Below, piece after piece: positions 49,641-59,209 of a stretch of DNA of 64,000 bases. Within the stretch, counting starts at the first letter, position 1, and every line of letters starts with the position of its first letter. The DNA comes from Gemmatimonadota bacterium. GTDB taxonomy: Bacteria; Gemmatimonadota; Gemmatimonadetes; Palauibacterales; Palauibacteraceae. The notes under the pieces are model-generated. The model worked only from the letters and a program-made list of their open reading frames with translations, did no database searches and was not told the DNA's origin. The stretch spans positions 14,914 to 78,913 of the forward strand of contig JBHHZD010000006.1 in assembly GCA_046757885.1 (NCBI GenBank), in the 5' to 3' direction. The position numbers and the translations under genes were made by a program.

Positions 49641-50923
49641 GACAGGTCCGGGAGCTCCTCCGGGCCCGCTTCGCCGCACCGCTCCAGCGCGAGATCGAGC
49701 GCCCCTGCCAGCAGACCCGTCGTCGCGCTGCCCGCTCGTCGAACCGATTCGTCCACCGCCTCCGACACGGTTCTCTGGATCGACCAGAACACGGCATCCG
49801 GGGTCAGTGGACAATCCGAGCGGCTCTGGCAGGCGAAGGCATGGGCCGTACCCGATCCCGCGATGATGTCGGCGAGGACCGCGAACCTCTCGTCAGCCTC
49901 CCGCTCGAGGGCTACGTCGCCGGGCTCGGAGGCGGCGAACGGCTGATTGGCGGCGCACACGACGGTCTGCACGCCCAGCGTGTCCAGCACCCCGAGCGAC
50001 TCGGCGTCCAGCGTGCCGGAGCCCGCGGCGGCCACGAAGACGTCGGCCGGCGTGCTCCAGAATTCGTCGTGCGTTCCCCGCGCGCTCTTTCGCGGCTCCG
50101 GGAGTCGATTCCCCTCCCGCTCGGAGAGGAAGATCTCCAAGTCCTCCGATGAGAAGCCCGAGCGGTCGATGACCGCGGACTCGGAATCGACGATGCCCAC
50201 GAGACGAACGCCGAGCCGGGCCAGGTAGAACGCGGCGGCGCCTCCCACGCAGCCGAAGCCCTGCAGCAGGACCCTCGTGTCCTCGGGCTCCCGCTCCTGA
50301 TGCTCGAGGAGCCGGGCCAGCGACGCGGCGACCCCGTACCCCGTCACCAGATCGAACACTCGCAGATCCGTGCCCGGGACGCCGAATTCCCCCTCCACGA
50401 CCTGATCCAGTCCCTCGTGCATGAGGGCGACCCGCTCTCCCAGCGCGGCCCCGTCCAGGCCGAGATGGCCTCTCAGCACGCCCAGCTGAGGGTGGCCGAT
50501 CCCCAGCGCCTCACAGTGGGGCATCACCTCGCGCAGCTCGTTGACGTTGAGGTCGCCGGCCGTCCCATACCGCGTGGCCAGCTCCGGGAGGATCGCCTGA
50601 AACCACCGACCGAGAACCTCGGGCTTTCTGGGATCTTCGGGATCGAAGTCGATGCCCGACTTCGCGCCGCCGATCGGCGGGCCCGCGATGGCGAATTTCA
50701 GCTCCATCGCCTTGGCGAGAAAGGTGGCCTCGGCGCGCGACGCACCGGGGCGCATGCGCGTGCCCCCGCCAGCGGCCCCGCCCCGGAGGCTGTTGATGAC
50801 CAGCCATCCCCGGGCCTCCGACTCCGGGTCACTCCATTCCAGGACGATCTGGGGCGCGGCTCCGAAGAACCGCGCGCAGCGCTCCCAGATCTGCTCCGTC
50901 GGCCTGGAATCCAGTTCGAGCAT
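49637..50923 (-). CDS. Glu/Leu/Phe/Val dehydrogenase family protein
   Basis: Start at MLELDSRPTEQIWERC... Catalytic Lys region GGAKSGIDFDPEDPR. Rossmann LQGFGCVGGAAAFYLARLG. Confidence 0.75.
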   Translation of the reverse strand: MLELDSRPTEQIWERCARFFGAAPQIVLEWSDPESEARGWLVINSLRGGAAGGGTRMRPGASRAEATFLAKAMELKFAIAGPPIGGAKSGIDFDPEDPRKPEVLGRWFQAILPELATRYGTAGDLNVNELREVMPHCEALGIGHPQLGVLRGHLGLDGAALGERVALMHEGLDQVVEGEFGVPGTDLRVFDLVTGYGVAASLARLLEHQEREPEDTRVLLQGFGCVGGAAAFYLARLGVRLVGIVDSESAVIDRSGFSSEDLEIFLSEREGNRLPEPRKSARGTHDEFWSTPADVFVAAAGSGTLDAESLGVLDTLGVQTVVCAANQPFAASEPGDVALEREADERFAVLADIIAGSGTAHAFACQSRSDCPLTPDAVFWSIQRTVSEAVDESVRRAGSATTGLLAGALDLALERCGEAGPEELPDLS

Positions 50924-51002
50924 CAGCGCCGTCCCCCGGCCTGCGCCCGAAGTCGGAGCCTGGACTCCGGGCGCGAGCCGCGGCCCTCCAGGGGCCTGAG
51001 CC

Positions 51003-53042
51003 TCAGTTCTCCGCCTTCCACTCGTTGTTCGAGCGATCCCTGTCCGGATAGTAGGAGCCGGGATCGATGGTGACCTTCGCGACGTCGTCGGAGACGGCCA
51101 GGGTGCGGCTGATCGTTCTCGTCCCGGTCCAGGCATCGACGGGGAGCACGACCTCGGTCTCCGAACCGTCGACGAGCTGAATCGTCAGCTCCACCGGCAT
51201 GACCACCTCGCCCAGGTTCGAGAGGGAGATGGTGATGCCTCCGGGCGCCGGTGTCACGGAATCGATCGCCTGGTCGAGCTCTCCGTCGCCGTAGAACCAG
51301 CCCTGCCAGAACCAGTCCAGGTCGGTGCCCGCCGCCTCCTCCATCATGCTGAAGAAGTCCCACGGCATCGGATGCTTGAACGCCCAGGCCCGAGCATAGT
51401 CGCTGAACGCGGCATCGAACGTGTCGTCGCCAAGCATATGCCGCAGGGCGTGCATGACCGAGGCCGGCTTCATGTAGGCGGCCACACCCCGGCCGAAACC
51501 GTTCTCGACGTAATCCGTGTGCTCCATGATCGGAGTGTCGAGCCCGAATCGGACCGCCTGCAGATAGATGTTCCGGTCCTGGTTGCGGGCGTTCTCATCC
51601 CCGTAGTAATCGCCCATGGCCCGGCTCGCGTTGAACTGCGTGAAGCCCTCGTCCATCCACGCGTACGCCATCTCCTTCGAGCCCACGACCATCGGCATCC
51701 AGAAATGCCCCAGCTCGTGCGTGACGACGCCGTTCAGCCCCCGTCCCGGCGAGCTCCGGTTGATGAACGTGATCATCGGGTACTCCATGCCGCCAACCTC
51801 AGGGGGGCCATACGCCGTCGTGGCGTGCGGATAGGGGTACGGGATCAGGTGCGCGCTGAAGAGCTCGATGGCGTGCTTCGCGTAGAGCGTCGCCTCCGCC
51901 CAGTGCTCGACGGCCGGATCGTAGACGTTCTGGATCAGGACTCGCCCTCGGGGGCCTCCGGTGTCCGCCCCCGTCGCATCGAGGACGTACTTGCCGCTCG
52001 TGGCGAACGCGAAATCCCGAACCGAATCGGCGTGAAAACGCCACGTGAGGGTCCCGGAGGCGCTCTCTCTGGTCGCCCTGCCGGCCGAGAGGTCCTCGGC
52101 GCTGACGACGTGGACGACCGTGTCCACCGCGGGCGCCGAGCGGAGTCGCGCCAGCGCTTCCGGGCGCAGCACCTCCTCGCCGTTCGTGAGCTCGCCCGTC
52201 CCGACCACCAGCCAGCCCTCCGGCACCGTGACGGCGACGTCGAAGCTCCCGTACTCGTCGTAGAACTCTCCGTTGCCCAGATACGGTGACGCATCCTGGC
52301 CGAAGACGTCATCGAAGACCGCCACCTGCGGGTACCACTGCGCGAGGTTGAACACGTCGTGGTCCAGGCGACCCATGCGCATGCCGCCCCCACCGGACAC
52401 GTCGAAGCCCCACTCCACCTCGAGCTCGATGCTCGCGCCCGACTCCACGGCGGTCGGAAAGAGGACCTGCGCGATCGTCCCCTGCACGAGATATCCACCG
52501 TCTCGCTCGCTGCTCCTGAACTGCTGCTGCATGGTCCGGGCGTCGATCTCGCCCAGATCCTTGCCGCCCGTCGCCACCCGCGTGAGCTCGATCCCGCCGG
52601 TCAGCGTCACGGGGCGGTTCCGCCTGACCCCCTCCGAGAACAGGTTCTGATACAGGTGCAGGACGGCGACCTGGATCGGACCCGGTGAGTTGTTCTGGAT
52701 GCGGATGGTCTCCGAGCCCGTCAGCCGCGCCGTGCTCGGCTCGAGCCCGACGTCGATTCGGTAGTCCACCTGCTGCTGCCAGTAATCGGGGCCCGGCCGC
52801 CCATCCGGGCTTCGGGTCCCGTTGTCGATCGCCGTCTGATACGCGGCCGGCGGATGCACGGCCTCATACACCGGATAGTCCACGACCAGGGAAGATCCGT
52901 CCCAGACAGGGTGCGCTTCCGCCGCTGCCGAGGCGCCGTTTCCCTGGGCGAAAAGGTCGGGCGTGCGTCCCGAAGCAAGGCTCAGGGCCGCCATCGCGGT
53001 CACCGAGGATCCCAACCACCTCACCCACACCGACTCTCTCAT
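51003..53042 (-). CDS. M1-family (aminopeptidase N-like) zinc metallopeptidase, secreted
   Basis: Start at MRESVWVRWLGSSVTAMAALSLASG (signal peptide), preceded by GAGGAGGAGG. Exopeptidase motif GGMEYP (GAMEN-like) and HExxH...E (VTHELGHFWMPMVVGSKEMAYAWMDEGF). Confidence 0.8.
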   Translation of the reverse strand: MRESVWVRWLGSSVTAMAALSLASGRTPDLFAQGNGASAAAEAHPVWDGSSLVVDYPVYEAVHPPAAYQTAIDNGTRSPDGRPGPDYWQQQVDYRIDVGLEPSTARLTGSETIRIQNNSPGPIQVAVLHLYQNLFSEGVRRNRPVTLTGGIELTRVATGGKDLGEIDARTMQQQFRSSERDGGYLVQGTIAQVLFPTAVESGASIELEVEWGFDVSGGGGMRMGRLDHDVFNLAQWYPQVAVFDDVFGQDASPYLGNGEFYDEYGSFDVAVTVPEGWLVVGTGELTNGEEVLRPEALARLRSAPAVDTVVHVVSAEDLSAGRATRESASGTLTWRFHADSVRDFAFATSGKYVLDATGADTGGPRGRVLIQNVYDPAVEHWAEATLYAKHAIELFSAHLIPYPYPHATTAYGPPEVGGMEYPMITFINRSSPGRGLNGVVTHELGHFWMPMVVGSKEMAYAWMDEGFTQFNASRAMGDYYGDENARNQDRNIYLQAVRFGLDTPIMEHTDYVENGFGRGVAAYMKPASVMHALRHMLGDDTFDAAFSDYARAWAFKHPMPWDFFSMMEEAAGTDLDWFWQGWFYGDGELDQAIDSVTPAPGGITISLSNLGEVVMPVELTIQLVDGSETEVVLPVDAWTGTRTISRTLAVSDDVAKVTIDPGSYYPDRDRSNNEWKAEN

Positions 53043-53125
53043 CGCCTCCTCCTCGTTGTTTCCTCCGCGGTCGAATCCGATCCACCGCAGCGCGAACATA
53101 CCGGCGGGTCGTCGATCCGGCCAAG

Positions 53126-54541
53126 TTAATCCTCGACGTCCATCCAGCGAATCAGGGGCAGCAACTGGGCGCGCCCGTCGTGACGCCAGTCGGGCGGCGG
53201 CCAGGCCATGGTTCCGAGCTCGGCCACGCGACTCACACCCAGCTCCAGGCCCAGTGCCACGACCTCGTCCCATCCCTCGCGGCCCGCCGTGCCGATCGCC
53301 TGAATCCGGCCCTCGAGCGAATCCAGCAGCCCCCGCAGCGTAGAGACATCGGGCACCGGGTGAACTCGCACGACGCGCGGGAGGTCATCGACGGGTGGCT
53401 CCGGCCTCTCGCCCGTGATCACGGTCCAGGAGTACCCGTCCGCGCTTCCCAGCACGGCTCTCCCGCCCGGACTCCCCTCGCCGGCGCTTCCCGCCGACTC
53501 CTCGAACTCGACCTCGGCCCGAAGCGCCCGTATCGCGGTCGCTTCCGCCGCGAGCGGTCGCTCCGGCGCCGTCTCGCACGCGGCGCCCAGCGCGGTGGCC
53601 AGGGTCTCGGCAAACTCGCCGGCGCTCCCGCCGACCACGTACGCCGCCCGGGGCGACACGCAACCCTGTTGGGCGTACGCGAGCACATCCTTCGCCAGGC
53701 GCGCCGCCGCCTCGGGCCGGTCCGCGTCTGGAAGCAGGACCGCGATGCCGACCCGGGGACCGTAGGCGACGACATCAGCGCCGACCCGGGCATCCTCGCG
53801 CACGGCGCGCACCACATCTTCGCCGCCATAGACAATCACTTTACCTGCTAACTTTACCCATTCGCCCCAAGGCTCGCCGCGGGCCGCGCCGGCCCACCAG
53901 GCCGCGGCCACGCAGTCGCCGAGGAGCCGATCCTCGGCCGAGAGGGCCCGTGCGAACAGGACGCCGAGGCCGGGCTCCTCCCGCGGGAGCTTGCAGAGGA
54001 CGCCGGACCGCACCATGAGCCCTCGAATCATGGCCGTGATCGTGACGCCGGGCACGTTGCCGGCGTGGACGAGCAACAGGAGCGGCGGGCCCAGGGCCCG
54101 GCGCCGGCGTCCCGCTCTGCTCGTGCGGACGAATCCGTCGAGCGCGGCCGCGCCGCCCAGCTCCTCGTCGAGGACCCCGGTCAACGCCTCCCGGGTCCAC
54201 GACGCCGACATGCCCTCGAGTGTGGAGGCACAGAGGGACGCCGACCAACCGAGCTCGCGGCCCAGCAGGGAGAGCGCCTCCCTGCCGATGGGGTCGCGTG
54301 GATCCGCGAGGCGGAGGGCGGCCCGGCTCGCCCGGTCCACGACGCTGGCCGTCGACCGGGCTTCTCTGGCCCGGAGGGCCGCGTTCCTGACCGCCCGCGC
54401 CACGTCGCGCGCTGCCTCCGCTTCGAGCCTCGGGCAGCGAAACCCGAACCCGGCTGCCGTACGGCCCTCCAGGAAGCCTTCCGCCGGGCCGCCCCCCGGC
54501 GCCGGTCCCGCGAATCCCGGGAGGTGCCAGAGCTCATCCAT
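53126..54541 (-). CDS. LuxC-like acyl-CoA reductase (aldehyde-forming)
   Basis: 471 aa from ATG 54541 (MDELWHLPGF). ALDH-like fold segments (VHAGNVPGVTITAMIRGLMVRSGVLCKLPREEPGL, catalytic Cys context AQQGCVSPRAAYVV) consistent with the LuxC family. Its start lies 2 nt from the stop of the upstream luxE-like gene. Confidence 0.6.
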   Translation of the reverse strand: MDELWHLPGFAGPAPGGGPAEGFLEGRTAAGFGFRCPRLEAEAARDVARAVRNAALRAREARSTASVVDRASRAALRLADPRDPIGREALSLLGRELGWSASLCASTLEGMSASWTREALTGVLDEELGGAAALDGFVRTSRAGRRRRALGPPLLLLVHAGNVPGVTITAMIRGLMVRSGVLCKLPREEPGLGVLFARALSAEDRLLGDCVAAAWWAGAARGEPWGEWVKLAGKVIVYGGEDVVRAVREDARVGADVVAYGPRVGIAVLLPDADRPEAAARLAKDVLAYAQQGCVSPRAAYVVGGSAGEFAETLATALGAACETAPERPLAAEATAIRALRAEVEFEESAGSAGEGSPGGRAVLGSADGYSWTVITGERPEPPVDDLPRVVRVHPVPDVSTLRGLLDSLEGRIQAIGTAGREGWDEVVALGLELGVSRVAELGTMAWPPPDWRHDGRAQLLPLIRWMDVED

Positions 54542-55673
54542 CGGGCTGGGCGGCCAGAAGCTCCGCCGTGGCGAGCGAACAGCCCCGAGGCCGCGCCCCC
54601 GGCACGCGCCCGACCCACTCCACGATCCCGCCGCGCACGCGCCCCAGGTCCTCAGTGAGCACGTGCGACACGCTTCCCGCGTTCGCGAGATCGAAATGGC
54701 AAAGCACACCCTCCTCGCCCTCGGGCAGCGGAGCGAGCGTCACGGGATCCAGGGCGCGCGTGCGGAGCCACGGGGGACCCGCGAAGCGTGTGGGGCCCGA
54801 ACCCGAAGCGCCCGGGATCGCGTAGCGCTGGGAGCAGAGCTCCGTCATGCCGAACTCGTTGATGACGCCCGAGGGATCGAGACCCAGCCGGTCTCCCATG
54901 CGCTCGACGACGCTCGGCCGGCTCAGGTCCGGCCGACCCTTCGATCCCCCGGTGTCCATGGCCCGTGAGCCGTCTGGAAGCGACACGCGGATCGCGTGGC
55001 GCTCGAGCCACTCCATCCAGGCGTCGAAGCCCAGCGTCGTGGCCAGCAGGCACACCGGCCTGCCTTCAGCGGCAGCGCGCGCCGCGGCTTCCGCTGCCCG
55101 CCTCCACTCCAGCTCGCCCGTGGTGACTGCGTGGATGCTGCCCGGGTCGCCGAACCGCGCGAGCACGGCATCGATCATCCACGCGAGAGATGAATCCTCT
55201 CCGACCTCGAACGGCGGGTGCAGCGCGATCATGCGCGGGGCGGGAAGATCCGGGACCACGAACCGGCGGAACGCCGCCTCGAGCGAGGCCCGGTAAAGCT
55301 CGGGCTCCAGGATCAGGTGCCGGCCACGCCGATCCGTGCCGCGCGTCGTCCCGCTCGTGCGGAAGACGAGCCGGGCGGACCGGGGATCCCCGGCGATCAG
55401 GTCCACGGCCCGGAAGGCGGCCGTGGGCACGGCCGGCACGGCCGTCCAGTCCTGCACCTCCCCGGGGACCACGCCGCGCCTCCGGCAATACGCCCGGTAC
55501 GGCTGCACGTGCTCGAACTGGACCCGAAAAGTCTCCAGGGCCAGCTCCTCGAAGTCGCCGGCCGGCCACTCGGGCTCGGCGACGGATGCCCACGAGCGGA
55601 AGCGCCGCGCGAGCCGCTGGCACAGACGCGCCACGTCGGGCGGCCCGCCGGCCCCGGAAGCGACGGATCTCAT
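54534..55673 (-). CDS. LuxE-like acyl-protein synthetase (adenylate-forming)
   Basis: VFRTSGTTRGTDRRGRH (AMP-binding TSGTT motif), GGSKGR; about 379 aa as in LuxE. Confidence 0.65.
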   Translation of the reverse strand: MRSVASGAGGPPDVARLCQRLARRFRSWASVAEPEWPAGDFEELALETFRVQFEHVQPYRAYCRRRGVVPGEVQDWTAVPAVPTAAFRAVDLIAGDPRSARLVFRTSGTTRGTDRRGRHLILEPELYRASLEAAFRRFVVPDLPAPRMIALHPPFEVGEDSSLAWMIDAVLARFGDPGSIHAVTTGELEWRRAAEAAARAAAEGRPVCLLATTLGFDAWMEWLERHAIRVSLPDGSRAMDTGGSKGRPDLSRPSVVERMGDRLGLDPSGVINEFGMTELCSQRYAIPGASGSGPTRFAGPPWLRTRALDPVTLAPLPEGEEGVLCHFDLANAGSVSHVLTEDLGRVRGGIVEWVGRVPGARPRGCSLATAELLAAQPDG

Positions 55674-55780
55674 GTCGGGAAACTGGCACGACGTCGGGGT
55701 CTCAACAACCGGATCCGCGAACGGGCGCTGGAGCGACGGACCGGCGGCTCCGGGCCGGACGATCAGGCGCTGGCCCCGAC

Positions 55781-57022
55781 TCAGGACCCTTCGATCGTGC
55801 CCTCTCGCGTGCGCCCTTTACGAATCCACTTTACGTTCACGCCAGCCCGCCCGTGAAGGATGTCGCGCAGCTGGCGGACGCTGTCGCAGGGCCGGCCGCC
55901 GGCTTCCACGACGACGTCGCCCTCGCGAAGCCCCAGGCGCGCCGCGGGCGTTCCCGGAAGGACCCGAAGCACGAGCAGACCGTCCTTCACGCCGTCGAAG
56001 TAGGAAGCCATCTCCCGACTCAGCGGCTGGAACTCGGCTCCCGCCACGCGGCGATCGTTCTCGACCAGGGACCGCACGATGTACCGGCCCTCAGGCGCGC
56101 GTACGAGCCTCGAGCCTCCCCGCCCACGACTCGGACTTCCGCTCTCCACGAGCCGCCGCGTGAGGGTCTCGAGGCGCTCCGCGTCCAGCCGGAGCCGGCT
56201 GCGCAGACGGAGCAGGGAATCCAGCTCCGCGCGGGCCTGCTCGGCGAGCGAATCGCGGGCGACGCGAAGGCGCCCGGCGAAGGCCGAGTCCGCCCACAGG
56301 TACCCGAACAGACCCGCGACGGCGCCGGCCTCCTCCTCCGCGGTCGGGACGGACGGCTCACCCGATTGCACCTTGTACGAATAGGAGAGAGAGCCATCGG
56401 TGGAGACGGTCGGATCCGAGACCTCGACCCGCACGGCGCCGGTGCTGTCGCCGTGCACGAGAACGAACCCGGTCCGGCGGTCGCCCAGGCTCTTCACGAC
56501 CACGCGAAGGGAATCCAGCTCCTTCGTCGACAGGCTGACGGGCCCCTGCGGCAGTGGGCGCGGCGCCATGCCCCGAATCCGGACCGCGGAGGGAGGTCGG
56601 CCCAAGAGGCGCGCCGCACTCCACCGGAGATCCGCCGTCGGCACGACCTGGATCGAGAGACGGGCGCCGCCGCGTTGCACGGTGAGCGCGACCGACTGAC
56701 CGTCGACGAGCTCGCCCAGGCGCCTTCGTCCGCGAGCCGTCTCGAAGGACAGTCCGTCGATCTCGAGCAGCTCATCTCCGGTCCGGATTCCGGCCTTCTC
56801 GGCGGGACCACCGGGCACAACGGACTGGACCGTGAGGGGAGTCCGGCATGGTCCCTCCACGGAGCACGATTCCTCGAGGAAAACCCCGATCCGCGCCCTC
56901 GGCTCGGGCGCTCGACGCGCCGACGCCTCCTGTGCCCTTGCCGGCCGGCCGGCGCCCGACACCAGGAGGCCGACTCCCAGAGTCAGAGACAGCCACCGCT
57001 GGATGCGCCGCCGAGCCTTCAT
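55781..57022 (-). CDS. secreted tandem-PDZ domain protein
   Basis: Start at MKARRRIQRWLSLTLGVGLLVSGAGRPARAQEA (signal). Two PDZ-like segments (VVPGGPAEKAGIRTGDELLEIDG and VLPGTPAARLGLREGDVVVEAGG). No protease catalytic triad recognised. Confidence 0.65.
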   Translation of the reverse strand: MKARRRIQRWLSLTLGVGLLVSGAGRPARAQEASARRAPEPRARIGVFLEESCSVEGPCRTPLTVQSVVPGGPAEKAGIRTGDELLEIDGLSFETARGRRRLGELVDGQSVALTVQRGGARLSIQVVPTADLRWSAARLLGRPPSAVRIRGMAPRPLPQGPVSLSTKELDSLRVVVKSLGDRRTGFVLVHGDSTGAVRVEVSDPTVSTDGSLSYSYKVQSGEPSVPTAEEEAGAVAGLFGYLWADSAFAGRLRVARDSLAEQARAELDSLLRLRSRLRLDAERLETLTRRLVESGSPSRGRGGSRLVRAPEGRYIVRSLVENDRRVAGAEFQPLSREMASYFDGVKDGLLVLRVLPGTPAARLGLREGDVVVEAGGRPCDSVRQLRDILHGRAGVNVKWIRKGRTREGTIEGS

Positions 57023-57744
57023 CACCTGTACTCCACGGCCGTCGTCTGCAGCATACGGGTCAACCCCTCCGCGAGGCTCTCCCGCTCGTCCATCACGTCG
57101 AACAGGAAGTTGTTCAGGACCGGGTCGGCGGGCGCCTCCTCGAGGGCCCGGCGCGTGAGCTCGGCGAGAACGTCCAGCTTCGCGATCCGCTCCGTCATCG
57201 CCTCCGGACCGGTCAGCGACCCACCGTCCCCGACGGCCCGCTCCCGCAGGTCCGCCAGATCGGCAGCCGTGCGCAGGTAATCCGCCTCCGGCCCCCGACC
57301 GAAGTCGAGCTCCGAGCTCTCCGCCGGGGCGTCCGTCATCTGCGTGACGGCCGCCCGTCCCGCTTCCGCCTCCGCGCCCTGGAATCCGATCGTCCGCCCG
57401 ACCAGCCATCCGCCCGCGAACAGGGTGAGCACCGCGGCCGCCTGCAACGGCCAGCGGCCGAGGACCGGGAACGGCAGGACTCTGTTGCCGGCCCGCCCCC
57501 GATCGTCATCGCCTCGACCAGACGGCGCGGACGCGACGCGCTCCAGGCTCGCCTCGATCTGCTCCCACTGTCCCACCGGCGGCTCGAGGTCGGACAGCGC
57601 CGACAGGGCCATCCGCATGCGGCTCATCTGCTCGTACTCCCGACTGCACGCCGCACACCTAGCCAGGTGCGCCGAGCCGGCCGCCCCTCCGTTCATCTCA
57701 TCCAGCAGCGCCGCGATCTGCTCGCGGCTCAGGTGCTCAGACAT
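57022..57744 (-). CDS. zinc-binding anti-sigma factor (ZAS-type), membrane-anchored
   Basis: Start at MSEHLSREQIAALLDE. H-x3-C-x2-C motif in AHLARCAACSREY. Central TM helix WPLQAAAVLTLFAGGWLVG. Starts 8 nt inside the sigma gene; ends with a 1-nt overlap on the PDZ gene. Confidence 0.65.
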   Translation of the reverse strand: MSEHLSREQIAALLDEMNGGAAGSAHLARCAACSREYEQMSRMRMALSALSDLEPPVGQWEQIEASLERVASAPSGRGDDDRGRAGNRVLPFPVLGRWPLQAAAVLTLFAGGWLVGRTIGFQGAEAEAGRAAVTQMTDAPAESSELDFGRGPEADYLRTAADLADLRERAVGDGGSLTGPEAMTERIAKLDVLAELTRRALEEAPADPVLNNFLFDVMDERESLAEGLTRMLQTTAVEYR

Positions 57745-58306
57745 GATTCCCTGCTTCACTCTCTCCGTACGACGGTGCAAGCATCTCGCGCATGCGCGCA
57801 CGTGCCTTGTGCAGCTGCGACTTCGAGGTGCCGGGCGCGATGCCGAGTCGCTGGCCGATCTCCTCGTGCGTCAGCCCTTCCACGTCGTGCAGCACGAGCA
57901 CTTCCCTGTAGCCCGAGGACAGCTGGTCGAGCGCCTGCCCGATCAGCCGCTGGTTGATGAAGCGGTCGTCCGCGTCCGCCAGCGGCGGCGGGGGCTCGAC
58001 TGTTCGCTCGACCTCGGCCCTGCGGCCGTGGCGGCGGAGGCGATTCAGCGCGACGTTCACCGAGAGCCGGTGCAGCCAGGTTCCGAACGCGGCGTCTCCG
58101 CGGAACAGATGCAGCTTCTCGAACGCCCGGACCCATGCGTCCTGAGACACGTCATCCGCCACGGCATCATCACCCACCATTCGCCGAACCACGGAGTACA
58201 CGCGCGCCGCATGGGCGGTGTAGAGCTCTGCCATGGCCCGACGGTCTCCCGCGCGTGCGCGTGCCACGAGTTCGGCCTCGGTCACGTCTCTCCTCTCATC
58301 GTCCAC
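57737..58306 (-). CDS. ECF (sigma-70 family group 4) RNA polymerase sigma factor
   Basis: Region 2 DDVSQDAWVRAFEKLHLFRG; region 4 YREVLVLHDVEGLTHEEIGQRLGIAPGTSKSQLHKARARMRE. Confidence 0.9.
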   Translation of the reverse strand: MDDERRDVTEAELVARARAGDRRAMAELYTAHAARVYSVVRRMVGDDAVADDVSQDAWVRAFEKLHLFRGDAAFGTWLHRLSVNVALNRLRRHGRRAEVERTVEPPPPLADADDRFINQRLIGQALDQLSSGYREVLVLHDVEGLTHEEIGQRLGIAPGTSKSQLHKARARMREMLAPSYGESEAGNHV

Positions 58307-58309
58307 CGT

Positions 58310-59209
58310 TTAGACCCCGGGGGCGCCGGAGGGGTTGCCCGTGTCCGGCAGGGCCCCGGCGCGGCCGACCAGCGCGGGGGACAGCGCGAGGCTCAGGCCC
58401 GCGATGCCGATTCCCGCCAGGGCGTCGATCCCGTAGTGGAATCGTCCGTACACCGTCCCGAGCACGAGGGTCACGGCGGGAAGGGCGAACCCCACGAGCA
58501 GGACGCGCCGATGCCTCCCCGCCGCGAGCCATGCGGTGACCGCCGCCGCCACGTGCGAGCTCGGAAAGGCGGTCCCTTTCGACGAGCCTCCCTCGAGGAT
58601 GCGATGGACGAGCGCGAAGAAGAACCCGCGAGCCGGGGGTCCCTCAATGGGCGGAAACGCGTACCGGGGTCCCGCGACCGGGAACACGCTGAAGATCAGG
58701 TAGCAGACGAAGAACGCGAGGCCGACCGTGAACGTCCACTCGTGCAGGGCCCGCCGCCCCGCGAGCAAGTACACCCCCAGGGCCGCTCCCGGCACGAGCA
58801 CGTAGTAGGAGGCGTATCCTGCATGCAGGATCTCCGAGATCCACAGGTGAGGCAGCCAGCGGCTCGCGTCCACGCTCAATTGAACGCCGAACAGTGCCTG
58901 CTCCCAGGACTGTACGACCCCATCGAAGTAGCCCGTCACGAGAAGCTGGTTCAGCCACGCGAGCTCCGAGTACAGGAGAGGCGTCGCCGCGACCGGGTAG
59001 GCCAGCCGCAGGAAAGCCAGCCACCGGTGCCCCGGCACGTCCCGGCGTGCGACGGCGAGGATCGCGGCGGTGCCTCCCGCGTGGAGCGCCGCGATGAGCG
59101 CCCCGCGCGAGGAGAACGAGGCGAGCGCCAGAAGACCTGAGAGCCAGAGATACCCGAGGGCGAGGCGGTCTACGGCGAGGAGGCCGCGCGGGCGGCGTCC
59201 GCTGTTCAC
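58310..59209 (-). CDS. PAP2-superfamily membrane phosphatase/phosphotransferase (candidate ceramide phospho-headgroup transferase)
   Basis: Start at GTG 59209 (GTGA overlap with the epimerase stop). 6 TM. PAP2 motifs KGTAFPSSHVAAAV and YGRFHYGIDALAG (C2 SxH and C3 R-x5-H-x3-D). The ORF-track version (to 60118) is over-extended. Confidence 0.7.
   Translation of the reverse strand: MNSGRRPRGLLAVDRLALGYLWLSGLLALASFSSRGALIAALHAGGTAAILAVARRDVPGHRWLAFLRLAYPVAATPLLYSELAWLNQLLVTGYFDGVVQSWEQALFGVQLSVDASRWLPHLWISEILHAGYASYYVLVPGAALGVYLLAGRRALHEWTFTVGLAFFVCYLIFSVFPVAGPRYAFPPIEGPPARGFFFALVHRILEGGSSKGTAFPSSHVAAAVTAWLAAGRHRRVLLVGFALPAVTLVLGTVYGRFHYGIDALAGIGIAGLSLALSPALVGRAGALPDTGNPSGAPGV

Noticed and set aside
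57344-59140. 598-aa plus-strand ORF antisense to the sigma/anti-sigma/PAP2 genes
   Set aside because: The minus strand encodes textbook ECF sigma regions 2 and 4 and PAP2 motifs; the plus-strand product is low-complexity.
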